NCBI GenBank assembly: GCA_003344405.1 | Contig: NOWV01000023.1 | Location: 62,001-126,000, forward strand | Direction: 5' to 3' | From: Trichoplax sp. H2 | Taxonomy: Eukaryota | DNA: 64,000 nt | Shown: piece by piece, positions 40,801 to 53,986 of the stretch | How the letters are laid out: the number at the start of each line of letters is the position of its first letter | Position numbering within the stretch: the first letter of the stretch is position 1 | Notes under the pieces: generated by a model | Told to the model about the DNA's origin: nothing | The model's input: the letters and a program-made list of their open reading frames with translations, nothing else | Databases searched by the model: none | Made by a program: the position numbers and the translations under genes

Positions 40801-43800
40801 CTCTTCGAACTAACGGTAGAAATAATTATGATTTTTATAGCTCTCTAATGATCACTTCTTTACTATAAAATTAGTACATTTGTAGTACGCACCATTATGC
40901 AAGCACTACATCCGCCAAAGTTGACATCGCCGAAGCTGGTAGTCGTATTAGACTAGGTCAAATGCCAACTGCTTTAGGTCCACTAACATTTGTATTCACG
41001 GGAACAGGAAATGTATTCCAGGTGAGAATTGAATCTATAGAGCTTCTTAATAAGATTTACTTTCTATTTAATTTATAATATGAGATAAAGGGTATGTATT
41101 TCTAGTGATTAATGTAGCCTTAAAATAATCGACTTTAACTTAATCCGTCATTAATTAATTAATGTGATTATTTCAATGTTGTGATAGGGTGCAAAGGAGA
41201 TATTCCAGCAGCTTCCACACGAATTTGTATCCCCGAATGACCTAAAAGAAGTGACGGAACATGGCGGTAAGTAGTCCTGAGAGAAGAAAATTCATTGGGT
41301 CTTTTCGTTATATTTCGTGTTTACTCCATCTAGATACACGCAAAGTGTACGGAACTATTGTTACAGCTGAAGATCATATTGAAAGCTTAGACGGCAGCAA
41401 GTTTGATAAGGGTCACTTTAGGAAATTTCCAGAACAATATCGATCTAATTTTGCTGATAAGGTTCATTGCAATATTGTAAAACTATAACACTGTATTACG
41501 GAAAAATTATATCAATCTTTTTCGTTAGATTGCTCCTTACATGTCGGTATTAATTAATGGCTTATACTGGGGCGTTGGTGATCCTCGACTCCTCACTTGC
41601 AAAGATGCTAGAAATTTAATGAAAATAAAGCCAACTGCTACAAAAGGACTTTCGGATAAACTCTTACCACATCGACTTCTTGCTATTTCTGATATATCAG
41701 CTGATCCGCAGGTAAGTGTTATGGTACTAACGAAAGAGAAATCATTCATTTTTAATTCCATCATACTAATACTGGGATTTCGTTTGAACTAGGGCTCGAT
41801 CGAGTTCCTATACAATGTAACAAATATTGGAGATCCTTTTGAAGTATATGATCCTGTTAGCGATGCTGCAACGAGAGGGTAATAATCTTTGCTGGATTTA
41901 GTATAGCTAGTTTTTGTACTAGTTGCTAGTATTACAGTATACAGTATATTAAAGCGTACTTATGCTTTACTTTGAACCTCCTAACAATATCTCATTCTAG
42001 CTCACTAATAGCATATGCGTAATTATTTATTTTAACAGTGTTTCCGGGGATGGAATACTTATAACTTCAATTGATAACCTACCCACTCAGTTACCACGAG
42101 AAGCAACGGACTTTTTTGGAAATCTGCTATTGCCACACCTGATAGAAATGGTAAAAAATTTTAATTTTTGTACATTTGAATGTGAATACCCCAAAAAGTG
42201 TATAATATATTGAAGTTGTTTCCTAACTTGTTGTTAGATAATTTCTTTCTTTTGTATTTATTTAAATCGCCCCTTGTATATCAAATAGGCAAAGGCAGAA
42301 GCCTCGGTTCCATTTAAAGATATCACTAAAGTATCGGAGGAAGTCATGAATGTATGTTGATGAACCTTTGCTATTTCATTAGCAGATCTCTTTCGCGACT
42401 GTCTTATCTATTATATGAGGCTTGTTACAATTATGCTACTTCGGAGCTGCGTTATTGTTAAACTAATTATCAGCTTTAAATTGTATTTAAGTATATATGC
42501 CTAGATATGCTAACTTTTTTCGTATCTTATATACTGTATATATACATAATTCGTGTAGGCTACTATTGCTAGCAACGGTGAGTTAACGCCAAAGTTCGAG
42601 TATATTCGACATTTAAGAAATGAAAGGTAATTAATATCGATAAGTGTAGAATAAAATTAGCAAAATTGAATTTTCGGATATCATTATGATTCAATAATGA
42701 GTTTGCTTTATGGTAGGTTACATGTTAGTTCTCCAAGGAAGAAGAACGTTTTACTTCTTGGATCCGGTTTTGTTGCTAGACCTGTCGTTGAATACCTGAC
42801 ACGAGATCCTGATATCTCTATTACCATTGGTTAGTGCATAGTGATTAATCATCGTTTCAAATTAAAATTATTTTGTAAGAGATGCCAGATTATTGAATAA
42901 GAAGTAGTATATGCGAAGTAGTTCCTACACTATCATTGCAATTGATTACTTTTTCTTATATTGGATATTTTGCTCTCTTAGCAAGTGCCAGCATTGGCGA
43001 TGCTAATGATATAGCAAAAACCTATCGAAACACTGCTGCCATGCTTTTTAGGCTCGGAGAGGAAAAGGCTTTAGATCAATTGAAAGCGTTGATCAGTCGT
43101 CATGATTTGACCGTGAGGTGTGGTTAACATATTCTATAATATCACTTTTTCTTTTGCAAATGTTGTGAACTACTTCAATTTATTTATAGTTTACTACCGT
43201 ATACGTACCACCCTCAAGTAGCTAAGTTCTGCCTGGCTTGTGATAAGCATATGGTAACGGCAAGTTACGTATCACCGGCAATGAAAGAACTTCATCAGAG
43301 GTAGAATTCGGTCTCTCTGTATTTCAGATCATGTATAATATTCTGGCTAGGATTTTGTGTAATAAATCTCATCTACTGAAAATACGCCGCTTTTTTTTAT
43401 AGTGCACTGGATAAAAATTTGGTGTTTTTAAATGAAATGGGATTAGATCCAGGTATTGACCACATGTTGGCCGCAAAATGTTTTGATGAAGTACGAGCGA
43501 AAGGAGGAAAGGTATGTAAATATGTAAAATTGGCATAAAGTAAAAAGAAGATTTTTTCGATGTCTAACAATTGTTTGCATTCACCTGTGGTAAATACCTA
43601 AGAAAGCTGATCAATAGGTGATTTAAATCTATATTTTTTGATGTCTTTAAATAGATCTCGTCGTACGTGTCGTATTGTGGTGGTCTACCTGCTCCTGAAT
43701 TATCTGACAATCCTTTAAGATATAAATTCAGGTTGTGTACTTACGAAATTGTTTTGTATTCATTATTATTTATGGTATAGTTTTCAAAAAGACGTTTCGG

Positions 43801-45305
43801 TAACCTAATTTATCTTGTATAACAGTTGGAGCCCGCGTGGAGCTCTGCTCGCTATTTTAAATGGTGCCAGATATCGAACAAATGGAGAAGTATGACAACT
43901 TTGTTAATGATTAAAGTCTATATTCTTTTTACATTATATAACGCTAAGATGAAAATTCTTCTAATGATTTAAGTTATTTAGCTCAAAATTAAACGACTAG
44001 CCTTATATTTATGCAATATTTCAATCAACAGATTAAGGAGATCCATCCTGGTGGTTCACTATTGGCTTACACAAAAGATGTTGATTATTATCCTGGTCTC
44101 AATTTAGAAGGTTATCCTAATCGTGACAGTATGATGTATGCTGACCTTTACGACATAACTTCCGCTCACACCGTGGAAAGAGGAACTATAAGATACAAGG
44201 CAAGATAATATTATGAACTGGCAATATTTCAGTCCGGTTCTCTTACTAAATTACTTCTAAAAAACGGTTTGAATAAGCTTCATGACCTTTTTAATAATAG
44301 GGTTTTAGTGAAGTTGCAACTGCCTTGCTGAAGATCGGCGTAATTAATGGAGAACCTAATCCAATATTAATGAGGAATGCCCCAGATATTCAATGGGTAT
44401 GTTAAGCTAAAAGTTGAAGTAATACATGCTAACATTTGAATATAATAATTGAAGCAATCAATTCTTTTTATCCCTTTTCTAGCATCAACTGACTGCAAAT
44501 TTGCTTGGCTTAGAAGCCAATATTTCTATTGACGACTTAAAATCTGAAGTCTTAAAAAGGGTTTCTGGAAACGAGAATAAACTGAAAGCTATTATCGAGT
44601 AAATACTTTATGTCACGATTGAGCTTACTGAATACATAATTAGATAACTAACTATGAATTGATTAACTTGGTTTAGTCTTGGTTTACTGTCTGATCAACC
44701 AGTAGCAAAAGAGGGAACCACTATTGATGCGCTATCTGCTTTACTGAGCAAATCGTTAACACTACGTAATAAGATTTTTGGCTGTTAGTTTTAACTTTTG
44801 CAATAGATGGATGGATATTTCTGATATATATCCTATTTCATTCGATAGAGAAAGGAGAAAGTGATTTTGTAATCATGCGACACGAAATTGGTGTTGATTG
44901 GCCTAATGGCAAAAAGGTATTAGCTTTTATCTTCAAATTTTGAATCACCTTTAACTCGTGAGTTTATGGCTATATCTGATCAATACGCATAGGAAACGCG
45001 CCATATAACATTGGCTTCCTATGGTAGTCCGGACAGCCATTCCGCTATGGCTTGGACAGTCGGTATTCCGTCGGCTATCGCAGCACGTCAAATTTTAAGA
45101 GGTATAATTTATTTAACTGTTGTACTTTGCAAGACAGAAGTATGACAATTGCTAAACTAATATTCGTACAATTGATTATTTTTCTTTAGGAGAAATCACC
45201 AGAACTGGAGTTATGGTACCTATTAGTAGTGATATTTACGAACCTATGCTAGGCCTACTAGAGAAAGAAAATATCCGTGAAAGTAATCACGTTACATATC
45301 ACTAA
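37807..45305 (+). CDS. AASS: Alpha-aminoadipic semialdehyde synthase (bifunctional LKR/SDH), ~20 exons, mitochondrial-type presequence
   Basis: [122 protein letters not shown] and [10 protein letters not shown]. Ends HVTYH*. Confidence 0.96.
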
Positions 45306-46402
45306 AGCGAACGATTTGCTGATTCTCTTTAAGGGATGCTATGCAATAAAATTTTTATCATATATCGTTCAAATTTTACTGAGCACTTTCATCATTCATG
45401 TTATGATGAAGAACATTACTCACGCTATAAGCTATTTTGCAAAATCGTACTAATAAAATCGTTCTGTTGAATGACTAATGCAAGGTAGAAAAAACGTGTG
45501 AAGTATCGATTATTCTTGCCGAAATTTTCGCTATACGAGTCGTAAAATGCAGGACACTTGCACGGTTGACGATGTTAGATTGACTAGCTTTGTAGTAGAT
45601 AAATTTGATTGAGTAATGCAGTGGACTGCGAATATACGTATTAGAGCGAGCTTGATTTATGGCACTTTGTAAATATGAATTTTGCAACATTTAAAATACT
45701 TCTTATTTTTCAATGGAGTACTACAAGTGGACTTTGAAAACCATAATGCATACCGTACCATGATCATGATAGCTCCATATGGTAATGTATAGTAAATTGT
45801 AAGAAAATTTATATAGTAGTCAATGCCTTAGAAAGAACTCATAGATATATTAATAGATTTGCGATTACTTCCTTTTCAAATCACTGATATTTATATAAAT
45901 GCCCAGTTACATTTAGCAGAGCTGATTTGCGTAGTGCTCACAGATATGCTCATGCTGTATATCCTCGAGTATTTCCCAATCAAAGGTGATGATGTGATTG
46001 TCCACTACTAGTGCATCGTCATCATGCATGCTAAATACAGTACTCGTGTATGTTTATGTCATAATCAATCCCTGAAGTTGCCCATGCCCGGATAAATGTT
46101 TAAATCATGGATTTCCAGATTTGGAAGAAATGTAGAAGTCTGTGGTTTAAATCTTACAAATTTACTTGCGCTATACAGTATACTGTACAATATATTCATA
46201 TCATCCTATGCAATGGAAAGCCGAATTGAATGATATCAATGCGTAGCATTAATTTGTAAGAAGTAGCTATTATACAGTAATTCCACACTGATATCCACAT
46301 TTAATTTGGCTGGCAGTAAGTGTTGCTGCAGCCAAAAAAACTATCTGTAGAGGACCGATCTCATCAATTTCATTTATTGGATTACTCATACGTATATATC
46401 GG

Positions 46403-46446
46403 AAACATCTCGACCTCTAGACTTGCAGCTAGAGGTCGAGATGTTT
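46403..46446. repeat. Perfect 18-bp inverted repeat with 8-nt loop
   Basis: aaacatctcgacctctag-acttgcag-ctagaggtcgagatgttt. Confidence 0.9.
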
Positions 46447-46687
46447 TGGTCTTTGCAGCGGTCACGTACTGTACTGTAGATCATCAGAGTACAGTACTGT
46501 ACACTGTAAGTTTAATTTTTCACTGTAAAATACACCGTACAGTGTACAGTGTACAATACTGAGTGTGATCACCGTAAACTGCATACTGTACACTGTACTG
46601 TACTGTACCGTACCGGAACAGACCGAATAGCGTTGAATCAGTTCAGAGTAGCGTGGAACGTCAGACTGTTGTGTAGTGGAAAACGAA

Positions 46688-49600
46688 ATGGCCGACTCTG
46701 ATTCTGCCTGCGGTAAGGCTAAGGAAATGAATAGTCCTTCTCCGAAAATGCCCAGAAGTATACTTAAACACGATCATGGAGAACCACACAGGTAATCTAT
46801 TGAGTAATCACTAATCCAAAAGATTATCTTAGATCAGAGATGTTTTGACTCGTTGAATGAGGATTCCATTCATGGAGTATTTTATCTCTGATTGAATTAG
46901 ATATAATGCAAGTCATTTCTAATGATTATAATTGTCCAAGTACAGTTCTTAAATTGGGCTTCTCTTGTTAAGGAAGCAATTAAAATATTGTATACCATGT
47001 ATAGTTTGCAGCGCAGTACATTAGAATGGTAATCATACAGAAATCGACAGTAGAATGTTAGGTATCTAAAAGGGACAAATGTTGTAACAGAAAGGGTTTT
47101 CCCATTCGATCATTTTAAAAGATGGGAACCGGATCGATGCCACACTTATCATGATGATAGTCAATACTCTACATGTTCTGCGAGTGACTATGATTTTACT
47201 AGAATATATCTTTAACTAATTTTTAAACATTTTAATTGATAGCAGAAAGAAACTAAGGTAAACAGAAGATAATTTTCATATTAAAATTACATTACGCGTA
47301 TTTTTTTTCCTATCATGGAAAACAACGTTTCACTACTCTCACATACGCGTACACACACCGTAAATCTGTCTTCTCATTCGCATCGTAAAGGCGTCCGATA
47401 TGCTCTATAAGAATAAATAAATACCGGTATGCTTTGAAAGAAGTTTCATTGAGACCATTCACTGCAGACTAAAAACTATTTCAAATGTGTAAAACTTTTC
47501 TCGTTCTTATAAATAACATGTTTTTAGACCTACTTAAGAATTAAGGGATCAATATACAAATACGCATATGCCTGCTACAATTCCGTGCGTCTAAAAGTTC
47601 ATAAAGTTAAGGTTTTATGCCACTAAAATCCAATGTACCTCTTATGTAACTACATCAGTCAGTATTGTTGTGTTGCATAATAGTTTTGTAGCAAAATATA
47701 ATTCTATGGTATAAGCGATAGTACAGTGCACGGTATAGTAGATGAGTATTCGGCTAGATTCTAAATTCTAAAATCATAACGGCACGATCTGCTGGTCGCA
47801 AAACATCTTGCTCATCATTATTATACATTTTTCGGATCAAACCCACTTCATGGACTATTTCTTTAGCAATCCAGTTTTATTCTTCAATTTCGTTTTCAAC
47901 GACTTTCTGAAGAATTTTAATTTTATTGTTCCACTTACTAAAAGTTTGCTAAATGCGTCCAGTAAAAATTGACGTCTACATAGTAAAACTCTAATTCTCG
48001 ATATCGACTACAAAAAAATAAAAAAAAACATTTGAATGATTGCTTTATATAAGTACTAATTAATAATTATATCCTTGTTATTATCTAATGTTATCATGTC
48101 TTTAAATAAAATACTGTACTAATAGCATTGTAGTGAAATATGTAGTACCTTGTATTCGTAGACGAACACGGAGTTAAGCGGAATCTTACTGTATCTACTC
48201 AAGACTCTTTAAACTCTACTCGTATGCTGTTAACATTTATTTCCGAGACATTTGAGTGCTCCGATAATATGGAAATTGAGCTTTATCCAATTATAGCCTG
48301 CACAGTACATACTGTAGTAGTTTAATTATTATACTATCATCTGTGCGTACATGGTATTACTCTACTTATCTTATTAAGTGCATACAAAGTTAACGTATGA
48401 TATACTAGCATACGTATAGTGATGGCAATTTATTCAATGATGAAAAATACTGATCATAATAAGTATTTCATCTGTCAGATGACTGATTAGGCCACTTATT
48501 TTAATATAAAGTAGTATTGTTATAATTTACCCTTGACGATGAAGATAGTGAATTTTTGAGAGTGAGCATTTTAGTTTTGACAATTTATTATCGTTTAACA
48601 TGTTATTGCTCAAGTCTTTAGACAAAGCGTTCTACATTTTTTATTGTCAATGAATGCAGGACGATCATTGATGTAAACGTCATAATAATAATAACAGATG
48701 ATTCCTGTAGAAAAAATAATATCAGACTAGATAGAGAATGATAATTCTCATTAAAGTACAGTAGAAATTCACTTCACTGTAATTAAAAATTGACGTTAAA
48801 TAATTAATGAATATACTGGTGCAGAGAAGGTATGTTGTTTTGTTATGATGTGAAATACTTTAAGAAGATTGATTATCTTGACTCTATCAATTATACAGGG
48901 CGCTCATCGTCTTATTTCATGCATAATTTTTAAAATTTTGATCGGATTTCTTGAATTCATCATATAAATTAAAATTGTGGGTGGATGGGGTATACACTAA
49001 TTTCTTCATTGAAAATATTACTGTACTATTGCAGCTGTAAAAGAGATATTATATTAATTACGCTTTACGAATTTCTCACAGCACGTTTGATGCTATTGTT
49101 TAAAATAGTAGTTGTTATTTTGGAAATGGACCATATCCTCAGAAAGGTATTGACAGTAATGATCAACAACGGTAATATGTGGTCTTATTCACATGCACTT
49201 TTAACCTACTGAATTGTAGTTGATATTAACCGTGTATGCAAGATGGTGCCTTTCCGATTTAAATGATATACTGTATATATAATTAATAGGCTAGAACTTC
49301 AAAATTAGTAACTTGACTCGCCTTGTTCAATTGCGTTAAACAAGAATTACGGTTAGAAATGAAACTTTAATAAGCCTCGCAAAGTTTTATATATCGTTGC
49401 AAATATCAATATTGCAATAGCAGCACCTATACATACGTATTTCATCATACCATGATCAGATATTTAATTTTGAGAAAGTTTGTGCTTTTTCGTTAATGTT
49501 GTACACAATGCTTTGCAGTGCTATTGTAGTACTTGCAACGAATAGTATTATTGTTCTATTATCTGATGAGAATTGACGACAATCTTTCGTTTTCAGACTT

Positions 49601-51572
49601 CATCTTGTTATTACCACATTGTAGACATTAAATCTGCAATATTTTCGGTAGATTTTTAGCATCACCGTTACATATATTCCTATTGCTTACGGTCATTTTC
49701 GAGACGGGTTGCTACATTGTGTTTCTATACAATTTTTACGATCGTTGTTCAATATTTTCGATTATAGAGGTGATTCAGGAATATGAATAGTATTTACTGC
49801 AACATGGAGTTGTATAAATTTTTAAATTTTTGATTACGATAGATAGAGCCACTGATTCATGTAGTGGTATTGAGTAGTTTCTAAACATTAACTTGTACTT
49901 AAGGCTTAATCTTAGATCAAATATTGATGAATGTCAAGTCTTTATTATTTATTCCGTTGTGTAGTCAATGTAATATTGTTGACCATTTATCCAGAAATTT
50001 GTGATTTGCATAAGAGATATGAGCGACATGCCTTGCCGATTGACTGTACTCACACATTAATCCAATGTATTCTATGTAAATGAAGCTCGTGATCTCAGTT
50101 TTGGTAGATTTTAATTTCATCATGATTGATTGAGTTTAATGGAGACCTTTATTTTAGCGAATCTTAACTATCACTTTAAGTGACTAAAGGGTTATACAAT
50201 GCTTCAATGTTGGCAAAGCTTACTTAACCTATATGCACAGTATTATAACACTAGCTATTAAGAACGTACTCAATTTAAGATTAACTATACGTAAATATCC
50301 ATCTTTAATGTGTTTTTCAAAATGAATGTCCAAGATTATATTACTCTTACATCGATTTTCAACTAGCGCTCGCACGCCTAAATTCTTATTAAGCCGGCAT
50401 TCTGAAATCTACTATATAGCTTTAAGTACAATTGCCGTATTTTGTGGCATAACTATGTCGTATGGATCTGTTATTTCTAAATAGCAATTCCTTATACAAT
50501 AGGTGTATTAGTACCGGAATACTCTACCTATAAGATTGATTCAAGACTGCATTCATGTTTGACTGATCATGATACGGAATTGATCATCTTTTTAAGTCAG
50601 TTGCAGTGGTGCTATTAAAATTTTATTATTGAATCCAACCATTCCCTTCAGTCTGACTCGTTACTATTTCATTTGCAAATTCTCTTTTGAGATGCTTTAA
50701 GACACTTTTAGTATACAACTACGGAGTATTGGGAAGTATAATTTCTACATTACACTGTATTTCTGTCATATTACGAGTATCGTTGTTGCCACGATGATAA
50801 CTTTATGCGCCAAAAATTGATGGTACGGTATATTGCTAAGGTATTAACCGTTAATCATTTTTACGTAGCGGTGTTCGTTGGGATGAAATGAATATCTTGA
50901 TGACCTATCATCCAGCAGACAAGGACTATGGTCATATGAAGGTTGATGAACCGAAAACACCATATCGTTATGCAGATGCTGACTCGGAAGGAGAAACTGA
51001 TGTCAAAGGAATGGATCCTGCGACCTTAAGCAGCGAGTAAATTTATTTTAAAATCTACATTGTCATGTTGCTTCTTTTGGGTATAGTCTACTTTCTCTCC
51101 TCTGATCGCCTTACAATGATTAAAATATTGCGGCTTTCTTAGATTACATGGTACTTCTGATGATGCAAGTGGCTCTCGATGGGCTGAATATGACTCAAAC
51201 GATGAGAACCATGATGAACAATTAACACCTGAAGAATTAGGTGGGTTTCAAGTTGTTAGTATCAAGTCGCATATTATTTATATATGGTGTAGTGACCGGT
51301 AACATGATTCTATTTTGTAGAACGAAAACAAGATTTTAAAAAGAAGAGATCGCAACATTATAATGAATATTATAATGTTAAGTTAGCTAGAGAATTGATT
51401 GCAAAGGTAAATAGAACCTCCTTCCATTTTCGACTGGTTTTATATTTATACCTTACAACTGGTACTTACTGTACTACATTCTAATTAACAATGCTGATAT
51501 CATTGTGATAGTTTTGTGAACGTTTGCCTTTGCTTTTAATCTTAGGATCTGGAAGAAGAAGATGATGATTAA
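46688..51572 (+). CDS. PPP1R2: Protein phosphatase 1 inhibitor-2
   Basis: Exon 1 (46688-46791) has the SILK motif (PRSILK). The exon from 50869 reads [32 protein letters not shown]. Later exons give [15 protein letters not shown] and DLEEEDDD*. Confidence 0.95.
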
Positions 51573-52502
51573 CACCATATCGAATCAAATTTATAAAGTA
51601 TTCAATATGATTTTATCAAAGTTTGCACTGAAAACAATTTAATTTTACGACGTCTATTCACTCATTTAACCTCCAACCATTTAAGATAAACTCTTTTCGC
51701 CCCTATTGGAGCTATACCGAAAGTTTTACTAGTCTCGCAGTGGGCGAGGTACAACGTCTCCGTGTTGGGTAATGATTTCCTAAATAGCATTGGGTGTATT
51801 CAACTTTTATTCAACTTATTCATTTAATTAATGTAGATAAAATATCGTCAACATTATTTGTGTACTGTGGTACAGTAGAAAAATATATATATATATATAT
51901 ATACAGTATATATAGGATTTATTTATGAATTTTGGAGATTTCGTCCCTACTGTTAGTCAATAGTAATCATACTGTCTGCTTTATGAGAGAACAATAAATG
52001 ACTAAATGCGTGTGATGAAGAGCAAAGAGCCTCTCGTTATTTTGAAATTAAAGTTATTGCCCAACTGCGAAATGGACTACGTCGTGTACTACCACTGCCA
52101 AGGCTGGCTGCCACCCAAAGCAGAATGAGCGCTAAAATGTACGAGTACTGTACAGTGTAATCTTCTAGATTCTTCTGCAAGAGTCTAGAAGATGTAGAAA
52201 AGGATATCACTGTTTTTCTGTTGACTTCAATTACTGTCATCATAGACTTATCAATACGCAAAAGCTTTTGAGTAGCTTTCGTCAATAAAGGCGATTAGAA
52301 CGTATGTATCTTTGTTGTTGTTCTATGGGTGTTTCTAAACAAGAGTAAAAAGACGAAGATCCAGCAGCTTTTCTTGATTTTATTCAATAAAATCAATAAA
52401 ATATGAACAGTGTACGGACCATTGCAGCATTTTGGCCTGCATTGATTGTCGTCAACACACTGTTTCGTATAACAACAGACTACTATACTCGCTATTACTC
52501 CG

Positions 52503-52551
52503 TCATGGACGTTCTACTAGAACTACGTAGTAACTCACTAGTAGTCCATGA
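52503..52551. mobile_element. 49-bp palindromic mini-element with 5-bp TSD (CTCCG), same termini as the 5334 element
   Basis: tcatggac[gttc]tactag...ctagtagtccatga, with CTCCG at 52498-52502 and 52552-52556. Confidence 0.65.
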
Positions 52552-53024
52552 CTCCGTCCACTGCAATACAAGACATACTGTCCTGTATAAATAAAATGCT
52601 AAAAATCAACATGATTTGAAAAATGAGGTAAAATGGTGCAGCTTATGGAGGTATTGAATAGTTTGGCCAACATCGATTACTGTAATGCTATTTCGGACAT
52701 GAAAACTATCAATGAAGGTTTTCTCCATCGTAGGGGCAGGAAAATGTTCCACAAACATGTCGACAAAAGATTTGAAAATGAAGCGAAACGGTACGATACG
52801 GTAATGACACTGCAAAGTGGTGTACAGTGTACAGTACAGTCCTGTGCCTACAGTATAATGCACGGTGCAAATTAGCATACGCTAATACAATCGCCCACAA
52901 CGACAAGTGCATCAAACACTTCTCAAAATAATATAAATTACTATCATTGGATTAGCATAGTAAAGGATGATGATCCGTAAACATCCATTATCCGTATGGC
53001 ATTGTCTTGCCCCAAAATAGAAGT

Positions 53025-53341
53025 TTTCCCGCGCTATTTGGGCACGAGCTGATTTGTCATGATCTAAAAAAAAACCTGTTGCAGACACCAGCGCCGGCGT
53101 CAACCATGTCAGTGGTATGACCCATTCACGTGTCAGCCGCCCTACAGGCTGATACCCTATCATCAGCTTGGACATGACTGGTTGATCGCGTTGGAGCGAT
53201 GAATCGCTTGACTGTGACTCACCGTTAGGGGTGAGTCAACCTTGGTGTGACCATTTCCAGTATCGTAGTGTACGTCGTTGAGCGTCTTGACGCTGGTGGG
53301 CCAATTTTTTTTCTTTGAACTACAACAGCCATTGAAATTGG
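53025..53341 (+). promoter_or_regulatory. Putative cell-cycle promoter of PKMYT1 (E2F site, CCAAT boxes, CHR)
   Basis: TTTCCCGC at 53025-53032, CCAAT at 53301-53305, TTTGAA at 53314-53319 and ATTGG at 53337-53341, in a locally GC-richer island upstream of the gene. Confidence 0.4.
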
Positions 53342-53986
53342 TTAGCAACTTATTCCTCTTTCAGCTTTTCCTTGCTAACAACATTGCAAGTTTCTTCTTG
53401 GTATTTCTGATCCAGTTTATTTTTTAATTGCAAGTGGGTAAAATTCTCAAGGGGAGTGTTGACAAGCGCATCCGTTTCCTTTGTTTGTTGGTGCTTTTTG
53501 GGCTGCTAGCATTGATTTTTACAAAGAGTCTTTGGTCATATTGAGTCTAGTTTCTTCCTATCATTGAGGTATTCTTAGCGTCTATTCCTTGACTCCTTCT
53601 ATATACGGTGGATAAATTACTTTGAGTTGTCCTTGTTAAGTGTAGTGTGAAAGAGGAAACAAGTTATTTTTAGCTGTACATGACGTTGTTTGCTTTTTTG
53701 GCGATCACTGCTTGATAGTAAATCGAGGACAGAGTACTGTAATTAGTTGAACGCTCCATGATTGGCGTCGACTAGATGACTGTGTCTTCCAGTGATGCCC
53801 ATTTCAGTGTGGTCAATACAGCAGGTAAGAAGATATGGAAGTAGCCTTTAAATCAATAACAATATTTTTCCACAACTATTCACGTCAAGTGGACAAACGC
53901 AACTGCTGCTGATTGATCAAGACGGACTTATTTAACTCTGATATCCTTTCTCATTGTAACCCATTTTGCTCATCAAGAGAAAGAAG

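Noticed and set aside
31094..45305. Amine/lysine catabolic gene cluster (two amine oxidases plus AASS)
   Set aside because: Adjacency only. The pathways are not directly connected and there is no evidence of co-regulation beyond a shared spacer.
48825..48829. 5-nt microexon (cag|AGAAG|gtatgt) in the PPP1R2 intron
   Set aside because: Not frame-preserving alone and has a weak pyrimidine tract.
52606..53348. Several 60-90-aa ORFs upstream of PKMYT1
   Set aside because: Overlapping frames on both strands with no recognisable domain; more consistent with promoter DNA.
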